A DNA stretch of 63,807 nucleotides, counting the filler, from Calcarisporiella thermophila CBS 279.70 (taxonomy: Eukaryota; Fungi; Calcarisporiellomycota): the NCBI RefSeq assembly GCF_041956535.1. It is 5 parts of 4 records of this genome, joined end to end, with 100 filler letters (N's around TTAATTAATTAA, not from the genome) between each part and the next. Parts side by side here need not be neighbours in the genome. Positions count along the whole stretch, not along the records: positions 28,681 to 51,539 come from NW_027192203.1; 4 more parts are not named here. One strand, given 5' to 3'. Below, piece by piece: positions 36,837 through 50,723 of the stretch. Within the stretch, counting starts at the first letter, position 1. Every line of letters starts with the position of its first letter. The notes under the pieces were generated by a model. That model made no database searches. It was not told where the DNA came from and saw only the letters and a program-made list of their open reading frames with translations. A program made the translations under genes and the position numbers.

Positions 36837-37324
36837 TAATGTGTTCCCTATTATTATTCTATATTTTTTTATTTTTCATTCTTTATGTGTGTGTATTAAT
36901 TACTTCGATTTTTTATTCTCTTTCTACAGCATTTATTTTTTGTTCATATTTTTTTCCTTTTTTCTTTTAGGAACTTGGTTATTGTTTTCAAAAATAATTA
37001 AAATAATTCCATCCCATTTAAAGCTTATGGGTGTCATCCGCTATATCATTACCATTATCGTTGAGAGTAAAACACTTGGCCAAAGAGTTCATGTACTAGC
37101 CCAATAACTTTAGCTATTTTTATCGAACTGAATTACTCCACGAACTGATGTCTTGAAAAAGTGGCTTGGTAACCTTAAAGCAAGACAAATGTAATGTAAT
37201 ATGAAAGACATTTAATATAATTCTGCTAACTCTATATCACATTATAATTCAATGAAAACAATAAGATAGATCAGAGAGCACTCGTAATATAAATTGGCTG
37301 GAGAGATCTCCAAAATCAAGCTAT

Positions 37325-39707
37325 TCACAATCGCACGCTTCCCCGTAGAATGGCTTCGTAGTCGTCTCGCTTGAATGGGATATATTCATCTCCACGTAGC
37401 CAGTATAAAGGATCTTTCACTTTGTTAACATTAATCCCTTCATTCCGATATTCAACCTTGCGCTGCTTAAAGGTTCCTGTCAGCTCTATCGAGGAGACAG
37501 GTCGAATGAACTGTGGAATCGCGTACCCCGGTAGCTTTTTCTTCAAATAGATGGCTAATTCTTTGAAATCTATCTTTTCCCCCCTGACCTTGATAACGGA
37601 CATCCCGCACCGACCGTCATGACCTGGGACTTCCACTCCATATACATTCGCCTCCTCAATACTTGGAAATCCTGCTAAGACATCCGCCACTTCCATGGTG
37701 CTTACATTTTCGGACTTCCAGCGGAATGTATCCCCTAATCGATCGCAAAACCAATAATAGCCATTCTCGTCCCGCCTCAACAAGTCATTGAAACGGAAGT
37801 AGCTATCCCCCTTTTTAAACACGTTCTGGAGAATCTTCTTCTTCGTTGCCTCGGGATTCTTGTGATAGCCTCTGAAATTTCGAAATGGGTGATCGGGAAC
37901 AATTTGCTGAATAAGCTCGCCAGGTTCATTGACCCCAGCAGGAATGCAAAACCCTCGATGGTCGCGTAGTGGCTCCTCAGTTACTGGGTCAATTTTGATC
38001 AACTGTAAACCTGTTTCGACTAATCGCGCTATTGTACCACGATGACCCACCGCACCGGCCCCTAGAGGACCGGTATTGACGTTGAAAAGCGACGTGATGC
38101 CCTCAGTGGCAGCAAAGTATTCACCGATAACTGGTATATTAAAGCGTTCCCTGAACTTTTCCCAGATATCGGGACGCATGCCGTTGCCCATCGCAAGTCG
38201 AATGCGGTGGCCTTTTTCAACGCTGGGGTTAGGTGGTGTATTTAGAAGGTATCGGCAAATCTCTCCAATATACTAAATCCAGCGAAATTAAAAACATAAG
38301 TTCAAGAAGACTGAAGAGAAACTCCGAGACTTAGCGGGAGTACTACCTGAAAGATATTACAATCGTATTTGATTATTTCGTGCCAAAAATTCGTGGCCGA
38401 AAACTTCTGGCTCAGAGCCACCGAGGCTCCCGTGATCCAGGATTGAAACACTAGTAGGATAGCTTAAAAGATACACGCGTTGATGGGCTTAGGTGGACCA
38501 AGTACTAGCTAAAATACCCCAAAATTACCTGCAGCACCATGATAAAGTGGCAAGCAGCAATACATCCTATCCTCCTTTCGAATATTAAAGAGGGTCTTCC
38601 ACATGCCAGCAGCGACTATGCAGTAGAGTTTAGCAAAGTTTGTGGGTTTCTGCTATACTTTCAAATGGCTCTCTATTTCAGGTTAAATGATATGGTGACA
38701 ACTTACGCGTTATGCGACCAGGTTGCAAAATCGCAGGCTAAGATTGAACCGGTGAAATTCTTTAATTTATACTATTGGAAGGGGGGATGGAGGAATTCCA
38801 CTTACTTTTGGCAAACCCGTCGTCCCACTTGTGTAGATTAATACCATAGTGGCGTCATGAAGAGCACCCAATCGTAACTTACGGGGTGTTGATGATGTAG
38901 GATATTGACTTAATTCGTGGCTGGTTAAGGCTCTACAGAATGGTAGCTGGTCTTCACCATAGCTAATAATTTCAATCTTGAGCTCTTCGGTAATTGGGGC
39001 CAAATTCTCAGCGATGTTTTGGGGGATCTCAGGATCAATAAGTAATATACGGGGGCTGCAAGTCGAAAGTGAGTGGAGAAGTGGTTTGTCATTCAGATTA
39101 TAGTTAATGAAAGCGGCAGATGCTCCTATCTTGTTGATAGCTAGCCACGAAATTATGAATTCGGGTTTATTCTGCATGTATATTGCAACGATATCTGAAT
39201 GAATGTAAGGACATGTTAGTTCAGTGAGAGATAATCAGAACAGTTAAGCCATCACCTCCTCGCTTTATTCCCTTGGAGAGAAGAAAATGGCCCAATTGAT
39301 TCGATTGCTGATCAATATCCTTGAAAGTATAAGTTTTGTCCTGGTAGAGCAGATACACTCTATCGGGAGTAGCTTTAACTTGCTCCAAGAAACGGTTGCA
39401 AAAATTAAACGTATCTTCACGACGGCACTTAGCAATCCTAATCATTCGTCATTGTTATTTTAATTTCTTAGAATAATAGGATATAGGAAAATGCTCATAC
39501 AGATATGCGCCAATTATCAAGCCGCGCAGTTGCCTTAGATCCGATGAAAGAAAGAGTTTGGAGTCTGCGTACATGCCCGCTGCAGTCAGTGCAGCAACCG
39601 CGAGCGCGGCCTGGTCAACTACATGCAGTCGAATGAGTGGGAAAGGGAGATATCATTAAATGTTTTGTTCTTTTGCCCATAGACAAAAAAAAATCATACT
39701 TACCCAT
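37325..39707 (-). CDS. FAT1: Very-long-chain acyl-CoA synthetase / fatty-acid transport protein, multi-exon
   Basis: YTSGTTGLPK, YIGEICRY, GNGMRPDIW, EYFAATEG, DRLGDTFRWKSENVST motifs; 4-nt first coding exon ATGG at 39704-39707. Confidence 0.93.
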
Positions 39708-40702
39708 TTCAACAAGTAATCAGTCGAGTCTAGAAAAAATAAAGAGGAAGTGAGAAAGAAAATGAAATAGAAAACAGTGAGTTGCTCAACAACACCGATA
39801 TACACAAATAAGTCAATGAAGACAAACCTTGTTCGAGCAGATTATGTTGATGGGTTGATATAGCCGCTGATTCCTCGGAAGAAATCACATGTGATACATT
39901 GGGTAGTAACAATTTTTAACTTTGATTCCTGAAGATTTTACTGATTTGAAACCTTGGCCTATTTGTCTGCTGTTCTTTATACTATATATATAAATTATAA
40001 ATGCACCGGCCAGCTGTCAGCACTGTGAGATACAGCTAGAAATTGCCCCCTTAGCATCTGTTGCCATGAATATGCAATTAATCAATTTTCAAGGGATTTC
40101 AAAGCAAGTCAGGTAGAATTACTTACACTTTGCGAGTTATACAAAGCCCTACAGTTCAATGAAAGTATATTGTTTGTACATAACCATTAAATATTTATCA
40201 TTTTAAGATCAGTGTACTACAATCCAATCTTGTAATATATAATATAAACATATACCGTTTGCATCTATATTATCAATCAGAACAGGGATGGTTTCAGAAG
40301 GGCTTTATCGAAACTAATCCATAGTTATCGTTTTTTGGCGCTTATCAATTGAGAGAGAAAGCAAGACTTTTTTTCAGCTTTATCTGATGCTCAGAATTGA
40401 GGTTGCTAGGTTTTATTCGAAGGACTTCACTCGTGCATGCCCAAAAGGTAACATCGCCTACTCTCTACGAGTGTGAAAATTTTGTGGGCGCAGAGCACAA
40501 ATTCTGTAAAATTTACAAATGAGATTGGGCGACAGACTTGATACCTTTGTATAGGTTTAACATTTCCCAAATCTGATGGGCTTTTCCCAAGAGCAAACTT
40601 TGAACACATATTATTACTTGAACATTTTGCAGAGTTTATTACAATCGTGAGCAAAATCAAACATGTATTTTTTAAAAAAGATCTAATGCTTGCGAGCAAG
40701 TT

Positions 40703-40888
40703 TTACTGATATGACACCTTGCATTGTTTCTTGCTCAATTTGGCGTTGCCGCAGTGGCATGAGTTATCCTCGCAATAGGGGTAAAGGCAGCGGAGCATGC
40801 AGCAGCGTTGAGTTTGGTCCTTGGTGCAATCGGCAGAGGCCACGTTCAAGACGAGAGCGATAAGAAGCAAGACAATGAAGAATCTCAT
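40703..40888 (-). CDS. Secreted defensin-like Cys-rich peptide (8 Cys)
   Basis: Signal peptide plus C-x7-CC-x3-C-x4-C-x4-CxC-x9-C; TATAAA upstream at about 40955. Confidence 0.75.
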   Translation of the reverse strand: MRFFIVLLLIALVLNVASADCTKDQTQRCCMLRCLYPYCEDNSCHCGNAKLSKKQCKVSYQ

Positions 40889-43302
40889 TTTTAGTATTGA
40901 AATGAACTCGATGGGTTTAATTTTTGTTCTTACCCCTCGTACTCGCCCGCCTTTTTATACACTCGAGATATCCATCGGTACCTTGATATTTTTAGCAAAG
41001 AATGTGCAATCTAAAAAGGCTCGAGCTTGTATGGGAAAAGAATATGTAACTCCGAGTTAGTTCTTTGAAATCTCTCTTTTTTTTTGTCCCTGGCCCTTAA
41101 AGTCTGGACGCCAACGAGGATTTACCTCACCCTGAATGGAAGCTTCCTAATTAGCGTAAAACTGAGTTTACAAGCTCTTAAGCGAAAGGCGGAGTGAATT
41201 CTAGCATTCATCAAACATCGAGAACATAATCTACTTGTTACCCATTGGTTTTTCTTTTTATAGAAGCAAGCGATTATGCTTTTCATAATCCATTCTATAG
41301 AACTTGACTCAGGCAGCAGGTTCTGGAGGATAAACTAAAATATAGCTCAAGTTGTCTTGTAGTGGTGTGCAGCGAATAGGAGAATGCAAAGAACTTTTCC
41401 GGCTTAGTATCCGTAGAATGACTTATAATTCATGATTCATTTAACAAGGTTGTGGAGAGAGGACAATTAGTACACCTATAGGATTCGAATATGAGGTGGT
41501 AGGGTTGTTTCCTTGTTTGGACCGCACCATTAACTCTAATCCGTGAAATTACAAGCATAGGATATGCATCAATAGAATAGAGGCAAAGAGCATTGGTAAT
41601 GCGATAATCGCTCGCACAAGACTTTAATGTCCGTCATTCTCTGAATTTGATTCTTCCTCAAATAGCAAATCAACCGTATTAAGAATGTAAATCTTAAGCG
41701 ACGGTCCAATGCTATCAATGTCAGAAGTTTGTATCTCCGTTTTGGACACGATAATAAGCAGAGAGCTCTTCAGGGGAATATCGACGTGCTTCAACCAAAC
41801 CATACAAATATTCTTTTCAGTGGTATTCAATATGTTAATCCATTATTAGAAACGTTTCAACGTGCAAAACATTTTGAATACAAAGTGTGCTTGAACTAGT
41901 ATACTCTCGCTTATCATGGGAAAAAAAATCCCCTAGGAAATTCAGGAGCTAAGCTAACGAAAATATGGAAGGTTACCCTTGTATATTCGTTTTATTAATA
42001 CCCAATCCTTGGATACAGGGCGCTTCTAGATGTTCCCAGGGAAGAATTTACCGTGAGATTTTTTTTTAATTATATTGATTTTACATACAGGCGGCTGCCG
42101 AAGATGCCCGAGGCAGGTACAGGCTCGGAGAGAACTATAATTCGTTATTTTTATATAGAAAATGCGCGCAGTTCACGCATTCACAGGCTCGGAGCTCATC
42201 GCGAAATCACAGACATCGAACGCTTATTTGCGTAAGTAGGTCATAGCTTCGTAGAGTCATAAAAAAATCACCACGCATCCAACTTTAATAAATGGCTACT
42301 AACTATCTTACAGCCTAACATGTAGCTTCCAAAGAAAGCATTTCCTAGAAGCATTTTGTTGAGTCATCCAAAGGCATAACTAGTGTCTTTCCCAGTATTA
42401 GTAGATACTATCAAGAATGCTATTGGTAGGCGAGGAGCAATTTAAATTAATCTCGAATAGGATTAAATATTGATATCACTCATTGTTATTTTCTAGAATA
42501 TGAGAAACTGTGGCCCAATTTCTCTTTTTGGATATGAAGGCCAGACTCGCCCCAAAATTTATTGGAAGCTTGAAATGAAGGCGTCTGCGCACTCCTGATC
42601 TTGCGATAGCTTTGATTGCTACATGAATTTAGTTCGAGGTATTACCACTTCGGTTCAAATCTTTGGGGTGGGGAAGAAAAGGAGGAAGACGCCAAATATC
42701 CTTTCCAGTTTACAGTTAGTCAGATTAAATTATTTTCGCACGAAGCAACCAAGCCCTACTTTTAAGCATCGCACTTGATACCTCCAGCTTTCGATTGTTT
42801 CGCTTAACGTTTGTTTGTCAAAATATAATAATATTAAGTATGATATTTATTAAAAACAGATACTTACAAATACGCTAAATAAGTAGAAATTTTCTTTTCA
42901 TTAGAATCGAATTGTTTTTCACTTTATCTCATTGTAATGCATTTATTCAATGGTGGTCAAAGGGTACTCATATAGTGAAAAATCCTTAGTAGTCAAGTAA
43001 TAGAGAGAGTGCAATCGCTAGGGAGCTGAAAACTCGTGAGTGAAATGGAAAAGTAAGGATAATTCAGTTGCTTTATGCACAATGTAAGGCAATACAGGAA
43101 ATTAAAATAGACAAAAAATATTTTTTTCTAGGACTTTTTACCAAAAAGTTTCGTATATCGCTACCGTAACAAAGAGTAGTTTCATTTGAGTTAATCCGTC
43201 ACAGAATTTCTCGTTAGGATTATTCCACCATTTTTAATAACGGTTTATATAATAGTGATATTAATAGGATAGTTATAAACGCTTAGTATACATTTTTAAA
43301 GA

Positions 43303-43953
43303 ATGGTTCTTTTGGCCGCTGTTCTAATCCCATTGTTAACACTTGCGTTAGCAGTTCCTTTGTCCGCTCGAAACCACTGGATGCAAAAGGCTGTAGACGC
43401 GACGATAGCTTTAAATGATACACCTTGTCCAATATATCCTTTCGGAGCTGCTATAGTCAATCATACAGAGAGTACCGAGGGGGTTTTTGTCATTGATGGG
43501 GCGAATCGAGCCAGTGACGATCCTACGCAGCATGGAGAAATGAATGCCATCCAAAAATTGGCAAAAAAATATCCGGGCCGTGGTCAGAAATTAGGCCAAG
43601 GATTGACACTCTACACTACGGCTGAACCTTGTCCTATGTGCATGGCTGCAATTCGATGGGCTGGTTTCGAAGAGGTGGTTATTGCCACGGACATGAGAAC
43701 ATTGATAAATTATAACTGGCAGCAAATCACGATAAGTGCAGAGGAGGTCAACCAACAATCGTTTTTGCTACCAACTCGCACCAAACTGGTGCAAAACATT
43801 TTGACTAATGTCACCGATCCTTTATTTCAATGGCAGTTCCAACCTGGATTCCAATGTCCTGACGGATGTCATCGTATCAATAAGATCTGTTCAAGACATA
43901 GTGAGCAAGCGGCTTTGAAACTGCAACAGCACGGACAAATTATAAGTTATTAA
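43303..43953 (+). CDS. Secreted Zn-dependent nucleoside/guanine deaminase (cytidine-deaminase fold)
   Basis: Signal peptide; PFGAAIV, HGE, LYTTAEPCPMC motifs; intronless. Confidence 0.9.
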   Translation: MVLLAAVLIPLLTLALAVPLSARNHWMQKAVDATIALNDTPCPIYPFGAAIVNHTESTEGVFVIDGANRASDDPTQHGEMNAIQKLAKKYPGRGQKLGQGLTLYTTAEPCPMCMAAIRWAGFEEVVIATDMRTLINYNWQQITISAEEVNQQSFLLPTRTKLVQNILTNVTDPLFQWQFQPGFQCPDGCHRINKICSRHSEQAALKLQQHGQIISY

Positions 43954-44982
43954 ATGACAGTGAATGCTTGAAATACTGTGTATTATTGTATATGAATACA
44001 TTCTCTAGAACTAGATAGAGGCCGAAGAAAGACACTAATTGTATGGCAGTGCTCACATTAGGAAATGTTGATTCGTCGGGTGAAATCGATTAAATTCTAC
44101 AAAGACAAAGCAAAAAAAAAAAGGTATTCAACTAACCATGACATCCGCTTTAGTTCTTGATTGTACTCGTCCGATGAATTTTAGAGTTCGTGGCCGGGCT
44201 TGCTCGGGAGATAGTAACTATCCTCTCTTTGGGTTGATCAGGTTTGTTTTTCGCAACTGGTAATATCGTCGCTTGACCTTTGATTGACTGGATGAATGTG
44301 ACAGCATCCTAGATCTGCTAATCGCTTAAATAATTAATTCGAGGGTGAACTTGAGAATTATCTAAGATGGACATTTTGTTCCATAGTGCTAATGTCATAT
44401 AACCGCGCAGGGTTGGATGCAGCTTCTTTAGCAAATGCATGCTCTAACTATATAGATTTAGAACCAAAATCCAGCGTTTGCGGATAGAATACGAGCTATT
44501 GTATAGAATCGAATGTTTGCTTCAACGCTTCTTACATTCCTAAAAGGATACAAAGGGACACATAGAAAAGTAGCCCATTCAGTTGGGTGAATCGAGAGCT
44601 CCAATGCCCCCGATGAGGAATTTAAATCTATCACACTTGATGAGGGCAAACACACATATTTTCATTATAGAATACATCGTAGTAAGAATTATATTTTGGG
44701 CTGAAAATGCCAAATACATTTGGATGTATTCTCCTGTATGGAAGTCGCGTCTCGAACGCGGTCCACACTGTTGCTCTCAGTCCTGTTTGCGTAGATATGG
44801 TTGCAAAGCAATTGTTTAATATATCCCGTGAGATTTTTAACAAAATAGTCCAAATTTTTCACCAGTTGAATGGTTATGATTCAATCACAATTGCTTTGTG
44901 CCTTCGAATAACAACTTATATATGGTAGAATGACCTGGTTTATATGTACTAGCACAAACAACGGCAGTTAAAGTTATTCTAT

Positions 44983-46079
44983 TCATGGCTTAATGCATAC
45001 TTTCAACCCCTTGCCCGTAAGGAAAGTATCCCACGCATGTTCAAAGTCTTTCAAGGGGAACGAGTGTGTAACTATTTGGTCCCAGCGCAAGGTACCATTG
45101 GCTAGAATACGTATAGCACGCTCCATGGCATGCGGGTTGGTGTAGGTAGATTTAATGGTGAGCTCGCGGCGGTATACATTGAAGGGAGAAAGCGAGACCT
45201 TGGCATCTGGCTTCGCAACCCCAACCCAGACAATGGTGCCTCCAGGCTTGGCGCAATCTACAGAAGCTTCCATGGTGTTTGTTCGGCCCACACACTCGAA
45301 GACCACATCGAATTGCATCGAAAGAGAGGACAAGTCGGAAGGATCGAAACTTGCTGCCGCTCCGAATGAATGCATGGCAAGCTGTCGACGGTCGGCATTC
45401 GGTTCGACAACAGTAACGCGTGCGCCACTGCTGATGCAAAGCGCAATGGTCATGATGCCAATTGGCCCGCAACCGAAGATGAGTACCTCATCCCCCACAC
45501 GCAGGTTGCTAACTTCAACCGCATGCACGACGCAGGAAAGTGGCTCAGCAAGACATGCTGCTTCTGGAGGAAGATGATCGGGCACAAGGTAGGTCGCCGT
45601 GATAGGGACAATAGCGTACTCGGCCATGCCTCCATCTTGCGTGACGCCAAGAGCAGTGGGGGTCGTACAGAGATGAGGCCGAGCGTTCCGGCAGAATGTA
45701 CAAGCATGGCAAGGCAAATTAGGGTCAATGGCCACACGAGCATTCAAGGGGATGTTTGTCGCTGTTTCTGGATGAATCGCGACGACTTTGCCAGCGAATT
45801 CATGCCCAATGGTAGAATTGAGTCGAGCATGAGGCGTTTCTCCTTTACAGATATGCTATGCAGAAGAGAGCACGGGCGTGCTTGTTAGAAAGGCGAGGCA
45901 AGCATAGCGGCGTGGAAGGATTATCAGCTCACCAAGTCGGTTCCACACAAGCCCGAGGCCTCTATCTGGATCAGGATCTCTCCGGGCCTAAGGGGGCGAA
46001 GCTTCTTTTCAGTCACTTCGATGCGGCCAGGCTTTGTCCAGGACGCTGCGAGGCAGGTATTCACGGTTTCCAAGGCCAT
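44983..46079 (-). CDS. Zn-dependent medium-chain (polyol/sorbitol/arabitol-type) dehydrogenase; 2 exons
   Basis: GLCGTDL|H, GHEFAG, structural-Zn CHACTFC...C, EPLSC, GCGPIG; intron 45856-45932. Confidence 0.93.
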
Positions 46080-46701
46080 TGTGCGGGGGTTGACGGGAGA
46101 AGGTCCTCGGCTACTTAGCGGGCGAAGGAAAGCTTGGGGCGAGGCGAAGGGCCGCTCGGCTGAAATAGCCCCGTCCAATCTCGTCTTCGGAATTCCCGAT
46201 CGCGCTTGGAATTCCAAAGAAGCGGGCCGCTTGGTCCTTGATGGGGCCAAGGGGCGCGGAGAGCTGCTTGCGGAGACGAGGGGTGACGAGAGCCTTCCAC
46301 ACCCGTCACAAGAGCACAGGCGCTCGTGCTACGTGTCATCTGTTTCTTGCTGCGGGGCACCTCTTTACATCGATAACGGCCCTTGATGGAAGTGAGACAG
46401 GGCTAAAAGCTTATCCTCCGCATTGTTTGTAGATGAGATCTTGCCGAATTCGCCAGACCAGTCACGTGCCCAATCCCAAGCCTGGGTCCGCTAATAGGCC
46501 TGGACTTCTACCCCACATTGGCGGAGTATATTGCCTTTGCACAAAAGATAAGGGGGTTCGTTGAGTGCAACCGCTCATATAAATATGGATGCAAACATGG
46601 CACGGCTCATTCTTACGCATTGCGGAAGTTTTCTCCCCTTTTCCATTTGCAGCCTGTCGAGATTCTTCGGTGAATGTTGAAATCCATTTCATGACCACAT
46701 C

Positions 46702-48502
46702 ATGCTAGGGTTGAAAGGGACAACACTATTGTACACTGTTTCGCTGTTCGCATCTCTCGGACAATGGCTTTTTGGCTGTAGGTATCTTACCTTTCCCCGG
46801 CAATTATTGTTCACGATGCCTTCCACGGTGCTCATATCTTGCATGCCATTTTAAATGTAGACGACCAGGGTGTCATGGCCGGTATTTTGGTCAATGAAGA
46901 TTTCCTAGTGAAATTTGACTACCCTTCCGAAACAATTCAAGGATTGATAGTAGGGGTGTTTGAGCTGGGGTGCCTCGTAACCTCGCTCCTTGCTAGCTGG
47001 ACTATGGATAAATATGGCCGCCGCCCCACCATTTTATTGGGAAGTATGGTGTTCATTGTGGGGGGAGCGATTCAGACTGGCTCCGAAAACGTGGCTACTA
47101 TAATTGCGGGACGAATTGTTGCTGGACTTGGCGTTGGATTCCTTAGTAGCTGTACTACTTTATACACTGCAGAACTGAGTCGCGCACATAATGTATTTCC
47201 TGTTTTTTGAACCTCAATTTAATATATACCAAAGTATGTTCTTACGTCTCGCCATTTTGTTAGAGAGGTCGAGTCACCGTATTAGGCATGAGCATCAACA
47301 TGTTCGGCTACACTTGCAGTAACTTCATTGATTATGGGTTTTCCTATGTTACCAACTCTTGGTCTTGGCGCGGTCCCCTCTTTTTCCAGTGTGTGTTTGG
47401 TCTCATTCTCGCCTTAGGCTCGTTGGTATTGCCAGAGTCGCCCCGCCATCTTGTTGCTAAGGGTAAGACTGAGGTAGCATGTAAAGTTCTCGCCGATTTG
47501 TACGGTTGTCAGGACGTCAAGGATGCACGAGTTCAGACCGAATATGCCGAAATTCAAGAGGCAGTCGACTATGAGAAAACTCTGGGCGAGCCGTCGTGGA
47601 AAGAGATGTTTACGGGATATGGTAAACGATCGCTTATTGGAATCGCCATCATGGGGCTCAACCAACTGTCGGGCATTAATATTGTCACGGTAAGTGAATG
47701 AATTAACACCCTGCTTCCATATGGGTGCTTCCGCTACTGTATCTAATGCGGAGCACCTTGATCCATTTCAGTACTATGCCCCGAAAATGTACGTAAGAGT
47801 CGGCTGGATTGGCCGACAAAGTATTTTGTTTGCTGGTTTCACTGCGCTTGTCTACTTTTTTGGTGGTCTCTTTGCAACGCTGATTGTGGATCGGGCTGGG
47901 CGCCGTCCTCTCTTTATGATCGGAACGCTGCTCATGGCTGCCTGGCTTGTTCTCATGGGGGTCTTCAACAAGGAACTGAATACGATTGAGCCTGCACCAA
48001 TCCTCATGATAGTATTCACCATGATTTACGTCTTTACATCTTCGGCTTCGCTTGCCTGTATTGCTTGGGTATGTACCCTTGAGTATCATCCTATTTGGAC
48101 ACGTCAGCTGTCCCGATATGAATGGCCATGCTAATATTTTCACGATTGCAGTTATATTGTCCTGAAATCTTTCCGCTGCGCGTACGTGCAAAAGGCATGT
48201 CTCTCGCAGTGGCCTCCAACTGGATCTTCAATTTTGCTGTAGCCCAATTCACGCCTCCTATGCTGGTGGCCATTGGTTGGGGTACCTATATCTTCTATGC
48301 AGTATGGAACATCATCGCATTTATTTCGAGTACGTGCTTGGTTTCACTCGCTATTACCATGGACTCTATTCTAACCGATCTATTTTTAGTATACTTGCTA
48401 TTTCCCGAAACTAAGGGCCGCACTCTCGAAGAGATGGATGAGATATTCGGCACATCCAATAAATCAACCAAGGATATAAACAGTGATAAACAAGTCGTGT
48501 AA
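46702..48502 (+). CDS. MFS sugar/polyol transporter (sugar porter family), multi-exon
   Basis: FGY|DQG, DKYGRR, GRIVAGLGVG, PESPR, QLSGIN, DRAGRR, PEIFP, PETKG motifs. Confidence 0.94.
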
Positions 48503-49864
48503 TTTACTGTTATCATTTAAAATATCTCTGTTTTCCTTTATCATATAGTCCTCTTTCAGATTTTGATAAATATCCCATTCTGGCTTCTATACAATACTAT
48601 TATGAAAAGTTTTAATCCTGCAAATGCTACCAACTCGAGTGAATATTATATCGTTAAATTATATTTATTGTATATTCTAGGTTGTTTTATTTCTAGGTTT
48701 TCACTGAGATTTTGTCCATTGAGATTTAATCACTAAAGAAGGCGAAATGACCAGAGATTTGATCTTCTCTAAGGAAAAAACTTTGCAGCTAGCACGTAAG
48801 TGAGCAAGCAATAGGGTGTACTAAATAAACATAATACACCGATAAGTAGATTCATATATTTCATTCCTCTAAGTTTTTACCAATAAACGTTGAAATTTGA
48901 ACTATACAAAATTCTAATCAACTAGCGATATGGAATTCGTCATCTATAACTAGGGTAACATTTCACTTTCGTTTAATCCTATACATGCTTCACCTCCTTG
49001 AATTAATATAAGGAGTATTGTGAAAAGCAACTCTTGATAATAAGTCACATTTACCCGATGCTCTTTTGAGAATCAAAAATGGTTACAATTGTGCCGGTAT
49101 AACGCCTGGATTCTCAGCGGGTATATGCATTGTTGTATGTATATCGATATTTAAGATTACGAAGTTAATTATCTCCTACACATCTAAACAGTTGTCTTCT
49201 TTTTTTTTGAATTTTTTCTTGTATATTAACTGGGATTTTGTTCGAAATATCCTTGCAATTATTTTTTTTCCGATAAAGTTACATACAATTTCATACAAGG
49301 GAAGCTTATTATCGTGGCAAGAGTTTAACTCTTGAAACTTTAAATTCAGTATTGGATTTTGTTGTGGCTTTTAATCGAGGCGAAAAATGATAGTATCGAA
49401 GAAATACAGGGGTAATATGTTATGGATGAAATTATATACCCTTGAATTAAAGCAATGCATATGCCGGTGTCAAAAATTTTTTCCAAAAATCATATCTACA
49501 TTCCCACGGAAATTCTCCGAAGTTGTTCATATTCCACGAATCATTTTTTATTATGTTTCCTAGGGCCGGTTTTCTACCATGAATTTTCCGAATTGAAATT
49601 ACAATTCCACCAAGATTATTCCCATGCATGGGTTTAAGGATTCTTTCTTCAAACAAGAAAATACCCTTTGTTCTTTGCGACGAGGGCGCATTAAACAGAA
49701 AAGTGCCGTAGAGGCGTGAGAATGTGAATGCAAATGAGAATATATGGGTGCGGATCATTATTCAAAATCTATAAATATGGCGCCATTTCTGTGCCTCTGT
49801 CGTGCTCTTCACTACTTTATCGATTTTACTCAAAAGTAATCAACCAAACAAAAACTTACCTATC

Positions 49865-50047
49865 ATGGAATCTCAGTACCGCCAGGGTGATCGCGTTGAA
49901 TACCGCAACGACAACAACCAAAAATGCGTAGGCAAGATCCAGAATGTCCAAGGCTCTGGTCAAAACTGCCGCTACACTATCCAAAATGAGCAGAACCAAC
50001 AGCAAGAGCAATGCCCTCACAACAGGGTTGAACGCAAGCTTCAGTAA
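49865..50047 (+). CDS. Small SH3/Tudor-like protein (Hva1/DUF2945-like)
   Basis: YRQGDRVEY...GKI..V.....RYTI.N pattern, TATAAA at about 49770, C-biased third positions. Confidence 0.65.
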   Translation: MESQYRQGDRVEYRNDNNQKCVGKIQNVQGSGQNCRYTIQNEQNQQQEQCPHNRVERKLQ

Positions 50048-50723
50048 AGCGGCGTAGGGCTCAGACCTAGGTCATTTTTTGTCCAAAAGTTTTTTTTAAA
50101 AAAAAAACGACTGTGTTGTAATTTAAATAAAATGACCTAATCCACTCTCGAGAATTATGGTCCAAATATTTCGAGAACATTTTAATCTCTCATCCAACCT
50201 CTATATTTGTTAGGGGTAACCTGACTTTTGAAATAAAAAAAAGTATCTGTATTATACAGTACTATAATACTATATGTCCCAGAAAATATGAATACAGATA
50301 AGAATATTCTTTTTATACTATTTAATACTGTATATTTGTGAAGAAGATTTGTAAAATTTGAGAGATAGACCCCAGATATTGCGTGAAATATACAGCTTAC
50401 CTACCAAACCTGGATATGCTACGTATTCGAAATAGATTTATACGAGGCTGGACCTTGGAATCAAGTAAATAATACAAACGCAATTGTTGAGTTACAATTG
50501 ACAACAAAAGTCAAATAGCACGTAGAAACGAAACGTGTAATAATTACTGAATCCGCTTATTGTCATACTCTATGAGATACTATGGAAATTATATATGCCT
50601 ATTATCAGAATGGTCATTTGATAAAAATAGTAATGGTGAAAGATACAGTATTATTATTTGAATAGACAAAGGACAAATCAAAAAGCGGTTATATAGCTGT
50701 TATCAGGTAAATCTATAAAACTA

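Noticed and set aside
45130-46432. Many overlapping short ORFs
   Set aside because: Shadows of the GC-rich dehydrogenase gene and its promoter.
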